Below are positions 1 through 13,320 of a stretch of DNA of 64,000 nucleotides, in pieces (positions within the stretch are counted from its first letter, which is position 1; the number at the start of each line of letters is the position of its first letter). Below the pieces are notes generated by a model. The model was not told the origin of the DNA. It worked only from the letters and a program-made list of their open reading frames with translations, and searched no databases. A program made the position numbers and the translations under genes. Source of the DNA: Octopus vulgaris (taxonomy: Eukaryota); contig OX597814.1 in assembly GCA_951406725.2 (NCBI GenBank), positions 105,462,001 through 105,526,000 of the forward strand. Reading direction: 5' to 3'.

Positions 1-129
1 CCACTGTCTGGTACTGCATCAGGGCATTTGTTATTATTATTATTATTTTAAGAGGTGTTACCTTAGTTCACTGGTAGTGAACAGCTGACACCGTAGTACA
101 TCTCCAGCGTTAGAAGCTGTACAAAGGCT

Positions 130-250
130 ATGATAATAATAATAATAATAATAATAATAAAATGATAATAATAATAATGATTTTTTTTAAATAATAATAA
201 TTATTATTATTATCATTATTATGATTATTATTATGATTATTATTAGTAGT

Positions 251-327
<77 letters not shown>

Positions 328-390
328 CATCATCATCATCATCATCAACATCATCATCATCCTCATCATCCTCATCATCATCATCATCAC
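130..390. repeat. Compound (TAA/TTA/TCA)n microsatellite
   Basis: Trinucleotide runs visible directly; they explain the poly-N/I/D ORFs. Confidence 0.95.
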
Positions 391-549
391 AATGGCTGCC
401 AATATTTATATTGGTAGAATATTGCTCGGGATGTTGTTTTCTTGTTAATGCTTTTGCTTCCATCTGGATAAAAGTTATGCATGAAATAGAACAGGTGGGA
501 CAACTGTTCCTTTCAGATCATATTCTTCTCCTTTTCACCGTTCCACCCC

Positions 550-592
<43 letters not shown>

Positions 593-1189
593 GCATTCTT
601 CCTGTTTATGGAAAGAAAATCTTTTACAAATGGAAAACTTGATGCCTTACAAAAATTTCAATAACAACAAACTTACCATAAACTTCCGTTATCTCCTGCT
701 GAGTATTGAACTCATGAACTTGATGTTTGATCTCAAATTTCCTACCTACAGTTTCCTACTTCACACAATATTTTTATACTCGGCGTATCTTTTCTCGTGA
801 GTCCACAGTCGATTTCCAGTTCATTTTCCGTCAATGCGACCTCGGAACATACTCAGAAGAGCTGGAAAAATGAAGTTTATTGGAATTGCAGTGTCTGCTT
901 GATATTATAGGGTTTCACGGGGACAGTAGTAATCATTACCTTTAAAAGTCCTTAGAGCAGGAACAGTTGTCGTAATTTTCACAGGTCCTAACAACGTTGA
1001 CTGCTTGTCATTACTTTTAATGTTCCTAACTTCAGAGACAGTCATTACCTATAGCGTTCTTAATAGCAGTGGTTACTCATCATTACCTTTAAAGTTCCTA
1101 ACAACCTGGTGAGTAAAGTGATAGCATGTTGTCACAGGAAATGCGACTGTCCCATGAAAAGTAAGAATGCTACTGTTATTTACCCTATG

Positions 1190-1372
1190 ACAGACAAACG
1201 GGTTAAGTCAATTACATCGACCCAGTGCGTAACTGGTACTAAATTCATCGACCCCGAAAGGATGAAAGGCAAAGTCGACCTCGGCGGAATTTGAACCCAG
1301 AACGTAACGGCAGACGAAATACGGCTGCGCATTTCGCCCGGCGTGCTAACGTTTCTGCCAGCTTGCCGCCTT
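1190..1372 (-). mobile_element. tRNA-derived SINE, family B
   Basis: Minus strand reads AAGGCGGCAAGCTGGCAGAAACGTTAGCAC...GGGTTCAAATTCC (A/B-box-like), then GTCGACTTTGCCTTTCATCCTTTCGGGGTCGAT. More than 10 related copies occur in the window. Confidence 0.85.
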
Positions 1373-1680
1373 GACCTGCTCGCCGCCTTATATTTAGAAA
1401 TATATTACTTCAAACTATTGAGTGTCGTTATTTACCAACTTATTGATGATTAAACGTTAAATGGTTGATACATCCATCAGAAACTAAGGTTGCATTGAAA
1501 TTCCGAACGGGCGAAAAGTATTGCTCGGGGTGTTCAGTCGTAGATGTGTGATGTGATTAGAATAGGGACGACGAGAGGCGACGGCTGATGCGAGTGGACT
1601 GGGTGCAAGGGTGTGCAAAGGGTGGATTTAGGAGAGTAGGAACTATGGCAGCGGCGGTGGCGATGGTGGTGGTGGTGGTG

Positions 1681-2893
1681 AGAAGAAGAAGAAGAAGAAG
1701 AAGAAGAAGAAGAAAGGAAGAAAAAGAAGAAAGAGAAGAAGAAGAAGAAGAAGAAGAAGAAGAAGAAGAAGAATGAAGAAAGGAAGAAGAAGAAGAAAAA
1801 GAAGAAGAAGAAGAAGAAGAAGAAGAAGAAGAAGAAGAAGAAGAAGAAGAAGAAGAAGAAGAAGAAGAAGAAGAAGAAGAAGAAGAAGAAGAATGTAAAT
1901 ACTGGACTAAACTAAACGCAAAAGAAATAGACAAAGAAAAATCCCAGCAATGGTTGAGAAGCTCAGGACTCAAAGCAGAGACAGAGAGATTTTTAATTGC
2001 AGCACAAGACCAAAGCTTCCCCACCAGAAATTACCAAAAACATGTAATGAAAAGAAATATAACAAGTAACTGCAGAATATGTGGAGATGGACAAGAAACA
2101 ATAAATCATATTATCTCTGGCTGCCCAGTCCTGGCTAAGAAGGAATATATTCACAGACACGACAGAGTTGGGACCTACATACACTGGAAGCTATGCCAAC
2201 ATTATGGAATAACAACAGAAAAAAGATGGTATAGGCACACACCAGAAAAGGTCACAGAAAACGAGAAAGCAACCATACTCTGCGATATGCCGATACACAC
2301 AGATAGAGAAATTAAGGCCAACAGACCAGATATAGTTGAAAGAGATCGTGAAGAAAAAAAATGCTTTCTAATTGATGTATCAATACCGGCAGATGACAAC
2401 GTGTCTCTAAAAGAAATGGAGAAACTTTCAAAATTTCAAGGAAGAAGAAGAAGAAGAAGAAGAAGAAGAAGAAGAAGAAGAAGAAGAAGAAGAAGAAGAA
2501 GAAGAAGAAGAAGAAGAAGAAGAAGAAGAAGAAGAAGAAGAAGAAGAAGAAGAAGAAGAAAAGGTGGAGAAGGAGGAGGAGAAGAAGAAGAAGAAGAAGA
2601 AGAAGAAGAAGAAGAAGAAAAGGTGGAGAAGGAGGAGGAGAAGAAGAAGAAGAAGAAGAAGAAGAAGAAGATGGTGATGATGATGATGATGATGTGGAGA
2701 AGGAGGAGAAGAAGAAGAGGTGGAGAAGGAGGAGGTGGAGGAGGAGAAGAAGAAGAAGAAGAAGAAGAAGAAGAAGAAGAAGAAGAAGAAAGAGGAGGAG
2801 GAAGAGAAGAAGAAGAAGAAGAAGAAGAAGAAGAAGAAGAAGAAGAAGAAGAAGAAGAAGAAGAAGAAGAAGAAGAAGAAGAAAAAGAAGAAG
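1681..2893. repeat. (GAA)n purine tracts flanking a LINE fragment
   Basis: (GAA)n at 1681-1892 and 2440-2893. Confidence 0.95.
1895..2434 (+). mobile_element. Internal fragment of an RLE-type non-LTR retrotransposon (R4/Dong-like)
   Basis: Encodes CCHC knuckle CRICGDGQETINHIISGC, RHD, and RPD...IDVSIP...KLSK endonuclease motifs; near-identical to 52231-52769. Confidence 0.9.
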
Positions 2894-3074
2894 ACGAACC
2901 AATGGTAATTTGCATTGCATACTTATAGCATCAAATAGTGACTATGGAGTACAGATTCCCTATATGTATATGTGTGTTACCTTACACGTAACGAAAATAT
3001 TTTAAGATCGCTAGGAATGATAACGTTCCGAACCACAAGACTCATTACAACTGAACTGATCGTATTCTTTCTTT

Positions 3075-3322
3075 TATTCTTCTATTTCTTTCAGTCATTT
3101 GACTGCGACCATGCTGGAGCACCGCCTTTAGTCGAGCAAATCGACGCCAGGACTTATTCTTTGTAAGCCTAGTACTTATTCTATCGGTCTCTCTTGCCGA
3201 ACCGCTAAGTGACGGGGACGTAAACACACCAGCATCGGTTGTCAAGCGATGTTGGGGGGAGACAAACACATATACAAACATATACATACACACGCACACA
3301 CACACACTCACATACACACACA

Positions 3323-3393
<71 letters not shown>

Positions 3394-3675
3394 ACATTAT
3401 ATAAAAGGGCTTAGTAAAATAAATTACTTCGCCGCATACTGAACTCATTAGAAATAGCAGCTAAAAAACTTTTTTAAAGCTATTTCTAATACTTAAAGAA
3501 AATCTCTCTCATATATATACGACGGGTTTGTTTCAGTTTGAGTCTACCAAATCCACTCACAAGGCTTTGGTCGGCCCATGGCTATAGTAGAAGACACTTG
3601 CCCAAGGTGTCACGCAGTGGGACTGAACCCTGAACCATGTGGTTAGTAAGCAAGCTACTTACCACACAGCCACTT
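3075..3675 (-). mobile_element. tRNA/CORE-type SINE, family A, with internal (TG)n(TA)n tract and a ~120 bp insert
   Basis: Head GTGGCTGTGTGGTAAG...GGTTCAGTCCC, CORE-like CCTTGGGCAAGTGTCTT, tail GGTGCTCCAGCATGGTCGCAGTCAAATGACTGAAA. Confidence 0.85.
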
Positions 3676-4424
3676 TCACAAACTCTCTTTAAAACATCAT
3701 GGTAACTGCCCTGTAAAACCGTCTCAGAACTTTTCTTACAACTCTTTCCATTAGTCGACTTCACAATTACAATGTGGCTGCTTTTCGTATGTCCTAAAAA
3801 TAGACAAGCGACGATAATCGTGGAAGAAAATGTACAGCATGAAAAATTCTTTAATTTTGTAATTGATAAAATATTAAGATGCTTTTTAAAGTATATTATT
3901 TATTTTATCAGTTGTTATTTCTTGCTAAAATGTAAACATGAAGGAAAAGTCTATTTACCAAATTCAAGTCTATTTAGAACTGGCTTCTAGTCTCGGCAAC
4001 ATTACAAATAAACATATTTCTATTAAGCCTTGTTGATATTAAGTAAAATCCTATCTTTAGCGGGATTCTTTGTTAAAAGTAATATTAATTTGAGATGTGA
4101 GAACTAAAGCTGATGGGACTGATAATAACTGTGGTAAACAAGGAAACCGCTACAGGCTGAAAGAGAGAGAGAGAGAAAGATAGAGACAGACAGACAGACA
4201 GACAGAGGCACAGACACACTGAGAGACAGGCTGGCAGACGGGCAAACAGTTAGACATTAGCAGTGAACGAAATGAACAGACAAACAGGCAGACAGGCAAG
4301 ACAGATTTATGGAAGAGGCAAGCGCCGTTTGCATTAATGGACGATTCTGTCAGCGTTAGCTTTGGAGAATTTGATGTAAAGATGCTCGGTGTGTGGAGAT
4401 TTATTGCATTGACATGTGAGTGTG

Positions 4425-4475
<51 letters not shown>

Positions 4476-5045
4476 GTGCGTGCGTGTGTGAGGGTGCGGC
4501 ATATGTATATATATACATATGCATGTATATATATATATATACATACATATATGTATATACGTAAATGTATGTATATGTATATATTGTATATATATATACG
4601 CGCACACACACACAAAAACATATATAATACGCATATATACATATATACAAAATATACATATATATGCATATATAAATACACACACACACATATATATATG
4701 TACATATATATATATGTATATTTATATGTATGTATGTATATATGACTATGCGTGTCTACGTGTTTGTGTAAATATATTCGCACACATACATATATACATA
4801 GGCAATTGTGTCAAGTCATTCACATATGGTAAATACACATACACACTTGCATACACATAATTTCCTCTATGTGTGTGAACGTGTGTGTATGTGTGTGTAT
4901 GTGTGTGTGTGTGTGTGTGTGTGCAGGCGTGTACGTTTGCATGTATGCGTATATGTATGAATAGCTATGTCTGTCTATCTGAATGTATGTATGTACATTT
5001 ATATTGGTATGCACGAATATAAGCACCCACTCAGCCCCCCCCCCC

Positions 5046-5096
<51 letters not shown>

Positions 5097-5400
5097 TATG
5101 AGGTGTGAAACGTCAAGTTGGTCAGGTCTTAATGGTTTAAATGCTGTAATGAACGGAACGAAGAACCAGAGAAAGAATTATGATGGCCGACATGTATAAA
5201 GTTATGTTTATTATGTCTGTGGAACGTATATATATATATATGTGTGTGTGTGCGTGTGTAACTGTATATGTCTATATGTGTGTCTACGTATGTATAGAGC
5301 CGCGTATATTTGTGAGCAAATGTATTCGCATAACGATTTATTATACTTATTTTTATGATTATTATTTTCATTAACATTCTTCTTCTTCTTCTTCTTCTTC

Positions 5401-5438
<38 letters not shown>

Positions 5439-5454
5439 ATTATTATTATTATTA

Positions 5455-5640
5455 TTCAGTAGTTTTATTTTTATTTTTATAGCGTGCTTTCACTTCACTA
5501 CCGAGCACAGCTCTGTGTGCCTTGGGTTTGTGCTGTGATTTGTTGTGATGCTCTGATGGTTATTGTATGGAAAGTGTTCTGCGTAGGATGTGTGCAGTGC
5601 CCAGTAGTGCAATTTTCTGTATGTTATATGTGTTTGTAAG
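5455..5640 (-). mobile_element. 5'-truncated 3' end of the R4/Dong-like LINE
   Basis: Reverse complement matches ~52892-53077; (TTA)n on both sides. Confidence 0.9.
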
Positions 5641-5696
<56 letters not shown>

Positions 5697-5763
5697 TATC
5701 ATCATCATCGTAATTATTATTATTGTTATTTTTATTACTTTCATCACATTCATCATCACTTGT

Positions 5764-5828
<65 letters not shown>

Positions 5829-6804
5829 CAGAACCATTATCTCATTGATATCTGTGTCTTCATTTGTGACACATTGCTGGCAAATAATTTAATTCCTGGT
5901 AAGAATCTGCACTACCACCACCACCACCACCACCACCGCTAACACCACCTCTTCACCACTTCCCCCACCGTCACAAGCACCGCCAGCGCTATCTTCTCTT
6001 CAACCACCACCATCAATACCACTATTACCACGACCACCGGCACCGCCATCACCACTCCGACCACAAGCACCACCAACGCCGTCTCCTCCACCATCGCAAG
6101 CATCAATACCACCACTCCCACTACCGACGCCACTACCATCAAAACACACCCACCACCACCACCGCCGCCGCCACCACATTCACCATCTTCATCAGCAGCA
6201 CCACCACCATCACCGCCGCCGCCGCCACCGCCATCGCCATCCGCCACTAGAGTCACCACCATCATCAACATCACCATCACCACCACCACCACCACCAACA
6301 CCACCACTACAACCAACACCACAACCATATCTTGCTGCAGTTCGTTGTCCCGGGGTTACTTTAAGCGTTATGTCATCCGGGTGACGGAGATCATTCTGTG
6401 AGTAGTTAAAGAAACGAACGGTTCCCTGCAACTGGCTATGGAAAGAGATGGTTCCATTACAACTTAACGTATATTCCTCTAAAGTCATATTTAAGACGTT
6501 CGAGTAGACTCGGACGTAAGAGGACATATCGCTGCTGAATTGGTCTCCGAAGAAAATTCTCTTCCTAGACATTAGAGAAAACACTGAGCTGTGAAAGGCA
6601 AGGAAATTCATATTTGTTGCTGATGACGTGTTACATCGCAGAAATGCATGCATTCTACAATCCAATGATGCTATTCACAGCAGACTATGTTTTCTCACAT
6701 GTCGTCTAAGAGAAGAATTTTCTCCCAAGTCTATTTAAGCAGTGAAAAGTTTTCCCACATCTGAGTGTACACGAACGTGGTAAAATATAACTTTACTCTT
6801 TCAT

Positions 6805-7255
6805 CTTTTATGTTTCAATCATTAGACTGTGGCCATGCTGGGGCACCACTTTGAAGAAACTTTAGTTGAATGAACCGACGACCCAAGTACTTTTCTTTAG
6901 GTTCTGGTACTCTATCGATCTCTTTTGCCAAACCGCTAATTTACAGAGACGGAAACACACTAGCACTGTCTGACAAGCGGTGGCGAGACAAGCTCACACA
7001 CAAAGACAAATACAGACACAAAACACACACACACACAGGCATACATACACACACACAGGCATACATACACACACACAGAGGCACGCATACACACACACAC
7101 ACACGCACACACATATATATATATATATTTCCGAAGAAGAGCGTCTGCTCGAAACGTTAAACCATCTTTCTTTCCTTTCCTGAGCGTCTGTTAATACATT
7201 ACATGCACCACGACCTCACGTTGTTGTTTTTTGTGTTTGTTCTTTTTGGGGAATT

Positions 7256-7291
<36 letters not shown>

Positions 7292-7450
7292 CGGGCTTCT
7301 TTCAGTTTCCATCTAACAAGTCAACTCACAAGGCTTTGGTTGGCCCGAAGCTATAGTAGAAAGACACTTGCCCAAGTTGCGATGGAATGGGACTGAACCC
7401 GGAACCATGTGATTGGGAAGCAAGCTTATCACACAGCCACTCCTGCGCCT
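6805..7450 (-). mobile_element. Family A SINE interrupted in its microsatellite by an HHR-bearing PLE tail
   Basis: Tail at ~6805-7000, head/CORE at ~7289-7450, insert at 7128-7260. Confidence 0.8.
7128..7162 (+). ncRNA. Minimal type I hammerhead-like motif (U4C core variant) at the start of a PLE 3' tail fragment (7128-7260)
   Basis: TTT CCGAAGA A GAGC-GTCT-GCTC GAAA CG TT AAA; downstream tail resembles 17476-17560 and ends in (TA)n. Confidence 0.6.
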
Positions 7451-8189
7451 ATACATTTTATTCAATGCTGCTTCGTGCGACATTAACCAATCTGTACATT
7501 AATTAATTGACCAGATTTATGTGAATTTTAACCTTTGCTATGCTGGACTAAATTTTGGTCAATCGTATCAAGAGAGAAAGCATTAATTTTTGAAATATTT
7601 TCATTTAGTATTTAACCATTTTTTATTAAGATTAGGATACTAAACTCATAGACATCGTTTCACAGAAGCAGATTCCGTAATTCTTTATCATATTTATATC
7701 CAGAGTTATTCCATTTATGATTTACCAATTCTTCAAACTCCCGGTTGTCTTTGTCTCATCACTCCAGAATCGAGTTTCGAATCTCAAGAGTTTTCTATAG
7801 ATCTAACTTGCTAAATGTGGGGGGGGGGGCGAGTATGCGTGTGTGTGCACGTCTATGTGTGAGTATATGTGGGTGTTTGTGCGTGTGTGTTTATTTGGGT
7901 GTCGGTGTTTGTATGCTTGTGTGCGTCTACATTTTGTAGTTACTATTGTTATTGTTGCTATTGTTTACAGCCACCATCACCACCATCACCGCTGCCACCA
8001 TCATCACTAACACCAGCATCATTATCACAACCAGTCTGGACGCAGCTTATCTAGAATCCAGTCGTGACCATCCCGCTGTTTTCAGACAGAATATTTCGAA
8101 AATATATCATCAGCCAAGACATACAAAAGATAGCAGATACGACAGCACCAACGTTTATAATTTGCTGTTGCTGTTGCTGTTGTTGTTGT

Positions 8190-8560
8190 TGAGCGTAGCG
8201 GTCTTCGTCCCAGAGCTCGCAAGATCGCGCCTCTGTAGTGGGAGAAGTCCGAAGCGTGGTCCTTTGCTATTCGTAAGACCCGCAGAAGAGAAAGCAGGTC
8301 AACCCCCGACACCGAGAGCATCGACGGATGGATGAATGTGCATCCAGGCTCAGTGGTTGCGTAAGAAGTTGGGGACAAGAAACAGGAAGAAAGGGTGAGA
8401 GAAAGTTGGAGCGAAAGAGTACAACAGGGGTCGCCACCACCCCCTGCCGGAGATTCGTGGAGATTTAGGTGTTTTCGCTCAATAAACACACACAACGCCC
8501 GGTCTGGGAATCGAAACCGCGACTCCGCTGCCCTAACCACCGGGCCATTGCGCCTTCACT
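8190..8560 (-). mobile_element. tRNA-derived SINE (separate family) within (GTT/GCT)n
   Basis: Minus-strand head GGCGCAATGGCCCGGTGGTTAGGGCAGCG...GGTTTCGATTCCC. Confidence 0.7.
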
Positions 8561-8634
8561 GTTGTTGCTGCTGCTGTTGCCTTTCGTCTTCTTCCTGTTG
8601 TTGCTATTGTTGCTGCTATTTAATTTCAGATCAT

Positions 8635-9035
8635 CTTTGATCGAGCAGATCTATGACCAACGGCGTTACAACCATGACCACCACCCCTGTATATCAAATC
8701 CCTTACGGTCCATTGTGCCTTGCTTGATTTCAGTGGACCAGACGTAATTCGAGATTTGGCTGCTATTTCTAACAGGTCGAGCAACCACAAAGAGGTTTCC
8801 CACTTATGTCCTACTGATGTCGCTGACGTAGAGACAAGAAAACAAAGGAAATTCAACGTTGTCCTCAACCTGCTAGAAATAACTGCCAAATATCCCTCAA
8901 AGGGCACATTGCTGTTTTAAAACCGACGGACGCATTGCATGATGTTGTTCAGAGCATAGGGCAAAGATGGTCACGGTTTGGATATCATTGATCATAAGAC
9001 TGTTTGGTCCTGGCTTACCCAGGGTTAAACAAAAA
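8635..9035. repeat. Two oppositely oriented diverged copies of an unclassified interspersed repeat
   Basis: GATTTGGCTGCTATTTCTAACAGGTCGAG (~8753-8781) mirrors CTCAACCTGCTAGAAATAACTGCCAAATATC (~8864-8894); related copy at ~27800-27965. Confidence 0.6.
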
Positions 9036-9049
9036 CAACAAAAATTGTG

Positions 9050-9253
9050 TCTTTATCTGTTACTTGTTTCAATCATTGAACTGTGGCCATGCTAGAGCAC
9101 AGCCTTGGAGGGTTTAGAAAGACAAAACGACCCCTAGGACCTATTTAAGATTGGTACATATTCTATCGCGCCTTCTTTGAAGATTCCTTAAGTTATGGAG
9201 TGTAAACAAACTCACACCGGCTTCAAGCAATGATTAGAACAGTCACAAGCACT

Positions 9254-9312
<59 letters not shown>

Positions 9313-9482
9313 ACATATGATGGACTTCCACACAGTTTCCTTCTATCAGACTCCTTCACAAGGCATTATTCGACCTGGGACTGCAACAGAAGAACTTTGC
9401 CCAAGATGGCGGCACGCAGTGGATCCGAATCCGAAACCACGTGATTGCAAAGCAAATGTCTTAACCACACAGCTCTGCCTGA
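9050..9482 (-). mobile_element. Diverged family A SINE
   Basis: Same tail, (CA)n, CORE and head order as 61405-61790, with many substitutions. Confidence 0.7.
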
Positions 9483-9909
9483 GAATTTTAATGATTTTTG
9501 GCAATATTTGGGTGGAAGTATAACAAAATTAGATTCATATTATTTTTGTAGACCAACTTGTAAAATTATCCGCTTGTTCTCAGCGTTTGTTTCTTTATCC
9601 AACTGAATATGAAAAGGAAATCTCCAGCCGTGTTTTCGTATTAGTTTCATGACGTAAAGGGATTTCGTTGGCGAGCTTCATTTGTTATTTTTGTCGATTG
9701 TTGCCACCTCACCCAGTAATGGTGATAGTTCTGCAAAACACTAAGATTTTATTAAAAACTAACAACCTTATACGTCTTTAAATACAGACATCAGCTTTTT
9801 ACTCTTTTAAGTATACATATCCTCTTGCTTTCTCTCTTTCTCTCTGTCTGCTACATTCTCTCTCCCTCTCTTACACACGCGCATACATACAAACACACAC
9901 ACATACACA

Positions 9910-9956
<47 letters not shown>

Positions 9957-10082
9957 GTGTGTGTGTGTGTTTGTATGTGTGTATGTGTATATATATATAT
10001 ATATATATATACCGGAGTAAACACATAAATGTGAAACAAGGTGGAAAAAAGAGTACTCAAATACCAGTGGTAGAGTAATATG

Positions 10083-10229
10083 CTTTATTTAAAGTAGCAG
10101 AAAATTCAACAAAACCTGTTACTCTGAGTTTCCCGTTACCGTTCATCGGACAAGTTTTGTTCAACTTTCTCTATCAACGGGAAACTCAGAGTAACAGGTT
10201 TTGTTGAATTTTCTGCTGCTTTAAATAAA

Positions 10230-10230
<1 letters not shown>
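10083..10230. repeat. ~55 bp inverted repeat within a (TA)n-flanked element (~10012-10230)
   Basis: 10083-10137 is the near-perfect reverse complement of 10176-10230. Confidence 0.9.
10111..10158 (-). ncRNA. Minimal type I hammerhead-like motif
   Basis: AAAACTTGT CCGATGA A CG-GTAA-CG G GAAA CTC A GAG TA ACAGGTTTT: 9 bp stem I, near-palindromic stem III, GUA triplet, U4C variant, weak stem II. Confidence 0.65.
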
Positions 10231-10307
<77 letters not shown>

Positions 10308-10341
10308 TGAGGAAAAATAGCAGGCGGAATTTTGGCTAATT

Positions 10342-10386
10342 CTTTATTAGCGCTTTCGTTCGCTTAACCGAACTCTTAAGACAAAA
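10342..10386 (-). ncRNA. Minimal type I hammerhead-like motif (G5U variant)
   Basis: TTTTGT CTTAAGA GTTCG-GTTAAG-CGAAC GAAA GCGC TA ATAAAG: 5 bp stem II, palindromic stem III AGCGCT, 6 bp stem I with G-U pairs; lies between TA tracts. Confidence 0.6.
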
Positions 10387-11163
10387 ATTAAAACCAAATT
10401 TTAATTTATATATATATATAAATTAAAACATATATATATGCACAATAAATTAAAACATATATATATGCACAAACACACATACACACGCACACACACACAC
10501 ACACACGTATACACACACACTCTTACCTACTTTGTTGAAAAAAAAAATTATGCTTTGAGTTTAGCGTTGTCCCTAAAAACTTTGAACGAGTTCTTGTTAA
10601 GTTGATGGCAAGATAAAGACACCGTTCCATAGTTCCTGGTATTATTTCTTCTTATATTTATAGGAGAATATGATAAAGGAAGAATTTAATAGTTAAAGAA
10701 ATTACTCTTTGGGAAAATGGTAAGAAACAAGGAAAACGATTGGACAACAAAACGAAGAAATTCGATAACGGTTGAATTATTAAAGAAATTATTTTAAATT
10801 TTAAACTCTTTATTTTCGTTATTAGAATAACAAGGGAATATAAACAACTTTATTGGTATACCTACCAAATACTATTTATAGGTTTTTCGCTGATTATATT
10901 AATTATTGTAATATTTATTATTATTTCAAATATCATCGCACGGCAATGTGAGTGGAGAGCAAGTATGATGCTGATGCTGGAGAGGGATCGGATTAGTGTA
11001 AAGGAACGGTTTATATTGGAATATTTTAATCTGAGATTATCGGAGATTTTAGTTAATTAGGATGTACCTCGTATCCTCGAAAAAGTTTTTAAGAAAGTGA
11101 AGTTTTCAATTAAATTAATTGTTTGTGAAAATATCAGTTTAACTCTATCTATCTATGTGTGCG

Positions 11164-11213
<50 letters not shown>

Positions 11214-11355
11214 CATATATATATATGTATATATATATACATGCATATATATATATGTATATATATATGTATGTATGTATGTATATAGATATATGCATAT
11301 ATATGTATATATATATATGTATATATATATGTATGTATGTATATAGATATATGCA

Positions 11356-11413
<58 letters not shown>

Positions 11414-12579
11414 TGTATGTATGTATGTATGAATATGTATATTAGATGTTTGTCCGTCTATCAATCTATCTGTCTACTGTCTGTTACACAGAAGAGTATA
11501 TACTCTTCTGCCTTAATTCAAAATGTAAACATCTATTTCATTTTTTTATAAATATTGTAAACACTATGTGAGTGTGTGTATGTGTTAGTGTTATTCAATG
11601 ATTGGCCGTCAACAATAACAACAATAGGTACGTTCAAACTCTTGTTCGTGTGTCTTTTACAGAATGATGGAATTTCACCGGGTCGTTGTCTGTGTTCGAT
11701 TCCTGTAGCTGTTTCTGTGCAATCTATTTCTGCCGTTAAAAGGGTTTGTTTTGTTTTGTTTTTTACTAGTTTAGCTCCCATCATCAATGTAATAGGTTCT
11801 GAAAAGAATTGTTATTTTTAAGCGATAATAAAGCATTTCATGCACGATGAAACAGCGATAATCGAAACCGATGACTTGCATATTGTTTAGTTGATCGATA
11901 TCGGCAGAGTCGAACGCAAATATGCCGATTCCTGTTGTGTTCGTCACGGGAAAGTAGTTTCTCCTTATGTCTTCATAGCATATACACCATTCAACATGAA
12001 TATGTTGGAATGTCTGAAAAATAAATAAGTGCATAAAATGAGAGCAAAGTACCAAGATGCAGTTTGGTAAGTTACTAAAAATTGACAAGAAATTGTTGAT
12101 GTTGTTGGTCTGATCTCTTCATTTGTTCTTAAAAAGAAATTGCCTAACATAAAAGGTTTATACAGAGATGATGGTTTTCAATTTCTACACAACTGAAAAG
12201 TTACAAACAACAGAATTCGGAAAACTTACATGTTTCCATTTTGATTTCAGATGTGGTCCTAGCATCTTCTTTAGCTGTTCTCGATGTCTGGTCGGTTATC
12301 TGTTTTGAAAACAAACAGAAATGAAGATTTGCTTGAGTTTCTAAGTATTTTGTTTACGCGGCTAGCTGAGTTTACAAATGTACATTCAATAAATTGCTAT
12401 TGTCTGGGTGGTTCAAAGCATTATGAATCCCTGCATGTGATTGACTCAACCAGTTAAAAGAGATTGCAACGAAAGAAAGTGACGAGAAACTACCAAAGAG
12501 AAGAAACGAAAATGTTTAGATTGTATTAGCACCACTTTAAATAACTAATGTCACATAAGGTTCTAGAATCCGTTTGGAT

Positions 12580-12968
12580 TAAAGTGATAGTATGTTGTCA
12601 ACTTAATGTGACAGTCCCATAAAAAGGAAGAATGCTACTGTTGTTTAGCCTTAGGAAACACCGTTTCCTCTTGGACTTGAGACATTTCCTGTGTCCTTAT
12701 GTATTCAAACATACATTTCACTTGAAATATATGTTTTCAAAGGTAGATAGGCATCGACAGTTAGCAAGCCAAGCTACTCTGGACTGATGATGAGCAATGA
12801 CACTGAAACTAGTGCTGAGTGGAGGTGCTTGTCTCCACTTTGAATACACAAGGACATAGGAAATGTGTCAAGTCCAACAGGAAATGGTCTTTCCTAGGGC
12901 TAAATAACAGTAGCATTCTTCCCTTTCATGGGATTGTCACATTAAGTTGACAACATACTATCACTTTA
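12580..12968. repeat. ~130 bp diverged inverted repeat with an HHR relic in the spacer
   Basis: Arms 12580-12709 and 12839-12968; spacer has CTGATGA...GAAACTAGT (12784-12813); an arm homolog lies at ~1114-1190. Confidence 0.8.
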
Positions 12969-13320
12969 TCGTTCTGCTACTACATAAATCTCTCAGAGAT
13001 TTAGAAATATATTTTTTCTATTTCCGTTTGGATTCCTGGATTCTTTATCTTCATTGAAACAGACCTGACCAGTACCAAATTCTTGGACATTCCTTTAGCC
13101 CTAATTCCTTTCTCTGCTCATTTTTGGAAGCCAATCAAACATTTAAACTTTGATCTGTAAGCATTCGGATCACACTCAGAACATTATTAATAGTGAAGTT
13201 AGGAAGGTTTTCCCAACAAATGACTTGTAGTCACGTGGTATTTCGTTATGCAACCATAATATACAATAAAGTATATTAAACGTTTGTTTGTAAGTCAGTA
13301 CCACGTGATTAATGGGTTAC

